Assembly: GCA_036676985.1 (NCBI GenBank)
Contig: JAKFBU010000026.1
Span: 128,001 to 192,000, forward strand
DNA from: Candidatus Sericytochromatia bacterium
GTDB lineage: Bacteria; Cyanobacteriota; Sericytochromatia; S15B-MN24; UBA4093
Direction: 5' to 3'
Length of the DNA: 64,000 nucleotides
Position numbers and translations under genes: made by a program. Positions 60,230 to 64,000 of this stretch are shown here, piece by piece. How positions within the stretch are numbered: the stretch's first letter is position 1; the number at the start of each line of letters is the position of its first letter. The notes beneath the pieces are model-generated. The model made no database searches. It worked only from the letters and a program-made list of their open reading frames with translations, and was not told the origin of the DNA.

Positions 60230-60432
60230 GAGGCCGCTTTGATGCGTCGGACGAGCTGGACTTGCTCGTCCGGCGTGTTGCCGGGAGCCTGGATGATGGG
60301 TGGATAGCTGACGGGTTTCCGGATGGGACGCTCCTTCTCGTCCACCAGGACGCTCGTCTTCTTCGCCAGGATCACGAAGGCCACCGCCCCGAGCGTCTGC
60401 AGAGCGAGCCAACCGATGAAGATGCTGCTCAT
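60226..60432 (-). CDS. Small single-TM hypothetical protein (68 aa)
   Basis: AAGGAG RBS; hydrophobic N-terminus followed by KK. Confidence 0.55.
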   Translation of the reverse strand: MSSIFIGWLALQTLGAVAFVILAKKTSVLVDEKERPIRKPVSYPPIIQAPGNTPDEQVQLVRRIKAAS

Positions 60433-60695
60433 CACGTCTCCTTGAGCTCCTCTTCTTGCGAACGGTTCCCGGCCCCCCTCGCCGGGTTGATGTGAGGTCA
60501 CTGGATGTGAGTCGCATCATGTCGTGGTCGTATCATCTCACGGCCGCTCCCTCCGATCCTCGGCCAAACTTCCGGTTGCTCCCGTCCTTTCGGCCAACCG
60601 AGACAACTGGGTTGGACGCGTGTTAAGATCGGCATGAGGGCCTCACGATCGCCTGCTGGCCTGGTGTCGGCCCCGTTCACCGAGGAAGAGGTAGC

Positions 60696-61892
60696 ATGGA
60701 GACGATCTTGCCGGACGCGGGGGGACACTTCGGTCCCTTCGGGGGGCGCTTTGTGCCCGAGACCCTGATGGCCGCCCTGGAGGAGCTCGAGGGCGCCTAT
60801 CGCGCGGCCCTGGCCGATCCGGAGTTCCACCGAGAGCTCGCCTACTACCAGGCCCACTACGTCGGCCGTCCCACGCCCCTCTACTTCGCCGAGCGCCTGA
60901 CCGAGCACTACGGCCGCGCCCGGATCTTCTTCAAGCGCGAGGATCTCAACCACACGGGCGCCCACAAGATCAACAACGCTCTCGGCCAGATCCTCCTTGC
61001 CAAGCGCATGGGCAAGGAGCGGATCATCGCCGAGACGGGCGCCGGCCAGCACGGCGTGGCCTCCGCGACGGTCTCGGCCCGCTTCGGCCTCGCATGCGTC
61101 GTCTACATGGGCGAAGAGGACGCGCGGCGCCAGGCCCTGAACGTGTTCCGCATGAACCTCATGGGGGCTACCGTGCGCACGGTCGACAGCGGCACCAAGA
61201 CCCTCAAGGATGCCCTCAACGAGGCCCTGCGCGACTGGGTGGCGAACGTCCGTAACACCCACTACATCATCGGCACGGTGGCGGGCCCGCACCCCTTCCC
61301 GGAGCTCGTCCGCGAGTTCCAGTCGGTCATCGGCAAGGAGGCCCGCCGCCAGTGCCTGGAGCAGGCGGGCGGCCTGCCGGACTACGTGGTCGCGTGCGTG
61401 GGCGGCGGCTCCAACGCCATGGGCATCTTCCACCCCTTCCGGAACGACGCGGGCGTGCGCCTGGTGGGCGTCGAGGCGGCGGGCGAGGGCGTCGACACCG
61501 AGCGCCACGCGGCGACCCTGACGAAGGGCTCGGTGGGCGTGCTGCACGGCAACCGCACCTACATCCTCCAGGACGACGAGGGCCAGATCCTGCCCGCTCA
61601 CTCGGTGTCCGCGGGCCTCGACTACCCGGGTGTGGGCCCCGAGCACGCCTACCTCAAGGACTCGGGCCGCGCGACCTACGAGGCCATCACGGACCAAGAG
61701 GCCCTGGACGCTTTCCAGCGCATGTGCCGCCTGGAGGGCATCATCCCGGCGCTGGAGTCGGCCCATGCGATCGCCTACCTGGAGCGCCTGATGCCCGAGA
61801 CGACCCAGGACCAGGTGGTGCTCGTGAACCTGTCGGGCCGGGGCGACAAGGACGTCATGCAGGTCTCGGACATCTTGAAGGGGGAAGGCTAG
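60696..61892 (+). CDS. trpB: Tryptophan synthase beta chain
   Basis: [45 protein letters not shown]. Confidence 0.99.
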   Translation: METILPDAGGHFGPFGGRFVPETLMAALEELEGAYRAALADPEFHRELAYYQAHYVGRPTPLYFAERLTEHYGRARIFFKREDLNHTGAHKINNALGQILLAKRMGKERIIAETGAGQHGVASATVSARFGLACVVYMGEEDARRQALNVFRMNLMGATVRTVDSGTKTLKDALNEALRDWVANVRNTHYIIGTVAGPHPFPELVREFQSVIGKEARRQCLEQAGGLPDYVVACVGGGSNAMGIFHPFRNDAGVRLVGVEAAGEGVDTERHAATLTKGSVGVLHGNRTYILQDDEGQILPAHSVSAGLDYPGVGPEHAYLKDSGRATYEAITDQEALDAFQRMCRLEGIIPALESAHAIAYLERLMPETTQDQVVLVNLSGRGDKDVMQVSDILKGEG

Positions 61893-62689
61893 TGGGACGG
61901 ATCGAGACGGCGTTCGCCCGTGAGGGCGTCAAGCTCATTCCCTTCGTGACGGTGGGCGACCCGGACAACGACGCCACCGCGCGGATCATCGTCGAGATGG
62001 CCGAGCAGGGGGCGGATCTGGTGGAGCTCGGCATCCCCTACTCGGATCCGGTGGCGGACGGCCCGGTCATCCAGGCCTCCAGCCAGCGCGCCCTCGACCG
62101 CGGCGTGCGGCTCGCCGACGTCTTCGGGGTGGTCCGGGCCGTGCGCGCGCACTCGGAGATCCCGCTCATCCTCTTCACCTACTGCAACCCGGTCTTCCGC
62201 TACGGCCTGGAGCGCTTCGTGCGCGAGGCCGCCGAGGCCGGGGCCGACGGCCTCCTCATGCCGGACATCCCCCCCGAAGAGGCCGCCGAGATCCGCGCGG
62301 CGGCCGGTCGCTACGGCCTCGCCACCGTGTTCCTGGTGGCCCCCACGACCACCGAGGAGCGGATCGGCCTCTTGTGCGAGGCCTCCGAGGGCTTCGTGTA
62401 CCTGGTGGCCGCCACCGGGGTGACGGGTGTCCGATCCGAGCTCGCCGCCGATCTCTCGGACTACCTCGCCCGGGTCAAGGCCAAGAGCCGCCTGCCGGTC
62501 GCCGTGGGCTTCGGGGTCTCGACCCCCGAGCATGCCGCGGAGCTTGCGCGCATGGGCGCGGATGCGGTCGTGGTCGGCAGCGCGCTGGTCGATCGGATCG
62601 GACGCTGGGCCAGTGAGCCGGATCTGGTCGCGCGAGTGGGCGCTTTCGTGCGTGAGCTCAAGGCCGGCGCCCAGCTGGCGCGGGCATGA
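61892..62689 (+). CDS. trpA: Tryptophan synthase alpha chain
   Basis: ELGIPYSDPVADGPVIQ, GVTG, VGFG, VVGSA; GTG overlaps trpB stop. Confidence 0.97.
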   Translation: MGRIETAFAREGVKLIPFVTVGDPDNDATARIIVEMAEQGADLVELGIPYSDPVADGPVIQASSQRALDRGVRLADVFGVVRAVRAHSEIPLILFTYCNPVFRYGLERFVREAAEAGADGLLMPDIPPEEAAEIRAAAGRYGLATVFLVAPTTTEERIGLLCEASEGFVYLVAATGVTGVRSELAADLSDYLARVKAKSRLPVAVGFGVSTPEHAAELARMGADAVVVGSALVDRIGRWASEPDLVARVGAFVRELKAGAQLARA

Positions 62690-62827
62690 GCCGCCCGCCT
62701 CTGCCCCGATCTTTGAACGAACTTTAACCTGGAATTAACTGGTTCGCCGCAACCCCGTCCCGCCTCCCCCCGATATAACACTAACGATACGCAGTCTCGT
62801 GGTGGACATGGGAAAGGACGGGGAGCT

Positions 62828-63799
62828 ATGAGGACGAACGGAGCACCGAGGCAGATGGGCGCCTTGGCGATCGCCGCGACGGTCCTGATGACGGTGGCCA
62901 CGGCTGGCTGCGGCACGCAGGTGCCCGGCCCCGACACCGGCTCGACCGGCTCCACCAAGACCGTCACCAAGGACACCGGCCGCGAGGATCTGCCCCGCAC
63001 GATCGCCGACGATCCGCAGGACGTCCCGACCAACATTCCCCAGCCCATCCCCGATCCCGAGAAGCCCGCCGACCCCAAGTCGCTGGCCGTCAAGGCGATC
63101 GCCAACACGATCAACTCCACCGCCCTCCAGGTCTTCAGCCCCAACATGCCGAGCCGCGTGTCGGTCTACGCCGACCTCGTGTGGAGCAAGGTGGACGGGG
63201 CTGCCCAGTTCCGCGTGAGCCGGAACGACGACGGTGGCGACAAGTACTACCCCCTCTACAACGTGCCCGCTTCGTTCCGCGGCTACCGCGACGGCGCGGT
63301 GATGAACCTGCGCATCGACACCGAGTACTCGTACCTGGTCGAGGCGCTCGACTCGAGCGGCAACGTGCTGGCTCGCGGCACCGACAAGACCAAGGCCCTC
63401 TACCCCCTGCCCGTCCCCAAGACCACCGAGCCCGCCAACAACGCGGAGAACATCGGCATCACCCCCAAGTTCACCTGGGAGACCGGCGGCAACACCAAGG
63501 CCGAGGGCTACTACGTCGAAGTCTTCTCGGGCGTCTACTTCACGCCGATGTGGCGCGGCTACCGCCAGGACGGCGAGTTCGGCACGAGCATCACCTACGG
63601 CACCCAGGTCGACATCCAGGCCGGCACCAAGCCCGCCGTGTGGCCCCCGATGGTCCTCCAGCCGGCGGCCAACTACACCTGGTCGGTGACGGCCATCAAG
63701 ACGGATACGGGCAACGCGGCGACCGCCAAGGCGTGGGCCAAGAGCAACTCGCCCGCCTCGCGTTTCTACTGCGGCAAGAAGCCGGTGGGAGGCAACTAA
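62828..63799 (+). CDS. Lipoprotein with fibronectin type III-like beta-sandwich domains
   Basis: TAGC lipobox; W..V.GA..F.V.R, Y.D....DTEYSY.V.A, PKFTW, YTWSV.A. Confidence 0.75.
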   Translation: MRTNGAPRQMGALAIAATVLMTVATAGCGTQVPGPDTGSTGSTKTVTKDTGREDLPRTIADDPQDVPTNIPQPIPDPEKPADPKSLAVKAIANTINSTALQVFSPNMPSRVSVYADLVWSKVDGAAQFRVSRNDDGGDKYYPLYNVPASFRGYRDGAVMNLRIDTEYSYLVEALDSSGNVLARGTDKTKALYPLPVPKTTEPANNAENIGITPKFTWETGGNTKAEGYYVEVFSGVYFTPMWRGYRQDGEFGTSITYGTQVDIQAGTKPAVWPPMVLQPAANYTWSVTAIKTDTGNAATAKAWAKSNSPASRFYCGKKPVGGN

Positions 63800-63800
63800 G

Positions 63801-64000
63801 ATGAAGCGTCTTACGATTGGCCTTCTGTCCCTCTTGCTCGCGGCCGGCCTCACGGGCTGCGGTCGCAACCCCGTCGTCAAGGGCGGCGGCGGCGACGGCG
63901 CGCTCGTCGTGACGGTCCAGGACGCCGAGGGTCCTGTTGCCGGCGCCAACGTCGAGGTCCTCAACTCGGGCGGCCAGTCGGCCGGCACCGGCCAGCAGGC
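63801..64000 (+). CDS. Lipoprotein, carboxypeptidase-regulatory-like domain (5' part, runs off window)
   Basis: MKRLTIGLLSLLLAAGLTGC lipobox; VTVQDAEGPVAGANVEV. Confidence 0.75.
   Translation, partial: MKRLTIGLLSLLLAAGLTGCGRNPVVKGGGGDGALVVTVQDAEGPVAGANVEVLNSGGQSAGTGQQ

Noticed and set aside
60540-60695. trp attenuator or T-box upstream of trpB
   Set aside because: No short leader ORF with tandem Trp codons, no T-box motif, no terminator hairpin with U-tract.

Overview
GC-rich (roughly 70% by eye), densely coding chromosomal segment of a diderm bacterium. The cyanobacteria-like GroEL, tRNAs without encoded CCA and absence of photosynthesis genes suggest a non-photosynthetic Cyanobacteriota relative such as Sericytochromatia, but this is inference only. 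The window holds about 65 CDS and two tRNAs (Ser-GCT, Arg-ACG). Main blocks: a redox/stress block (trxA; perR-trxB-ahpC with a Per box; CIRCE-controlled groES-groEL; bcp), an envelope operon (lipoprotein, barrel-like protein, PEGA/TPR protein), scattered nucleic-acid repair genes (Mug, DUF72, a T4-PNK-like kinase, AlkD, macrodomain), a polar amino-acid ABC transporter, a 14-kb two-operon glycan locus containing a cobalamin-type radical SAM enzyme, thrB-lysC, trpBA, several lipoproteins and two REP/REPIN-like repeats. No integrase, transposase, prophage or CRISPR array was seen. Best leads: (1) a YgjP/SprT/WLM-like HEXXH protein ending in a sliding-clamp-type motif (QLRLF), a possible bacterial SPRTN/Wss1 analogue; (2) the radical-SAM/methyltransferase glycan-modification locus; (3) a basic protein with an ARTK N-terminal tail next to a macrodomain gene; (4) an orphan protein resembling Borrelia PFam49 partition proteins; (5) a lysyl-oxidase lipoprotein; (6) a leaderless, Zn-site-free PerR. 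All family calls come from motif recognition by eye, not database searches.
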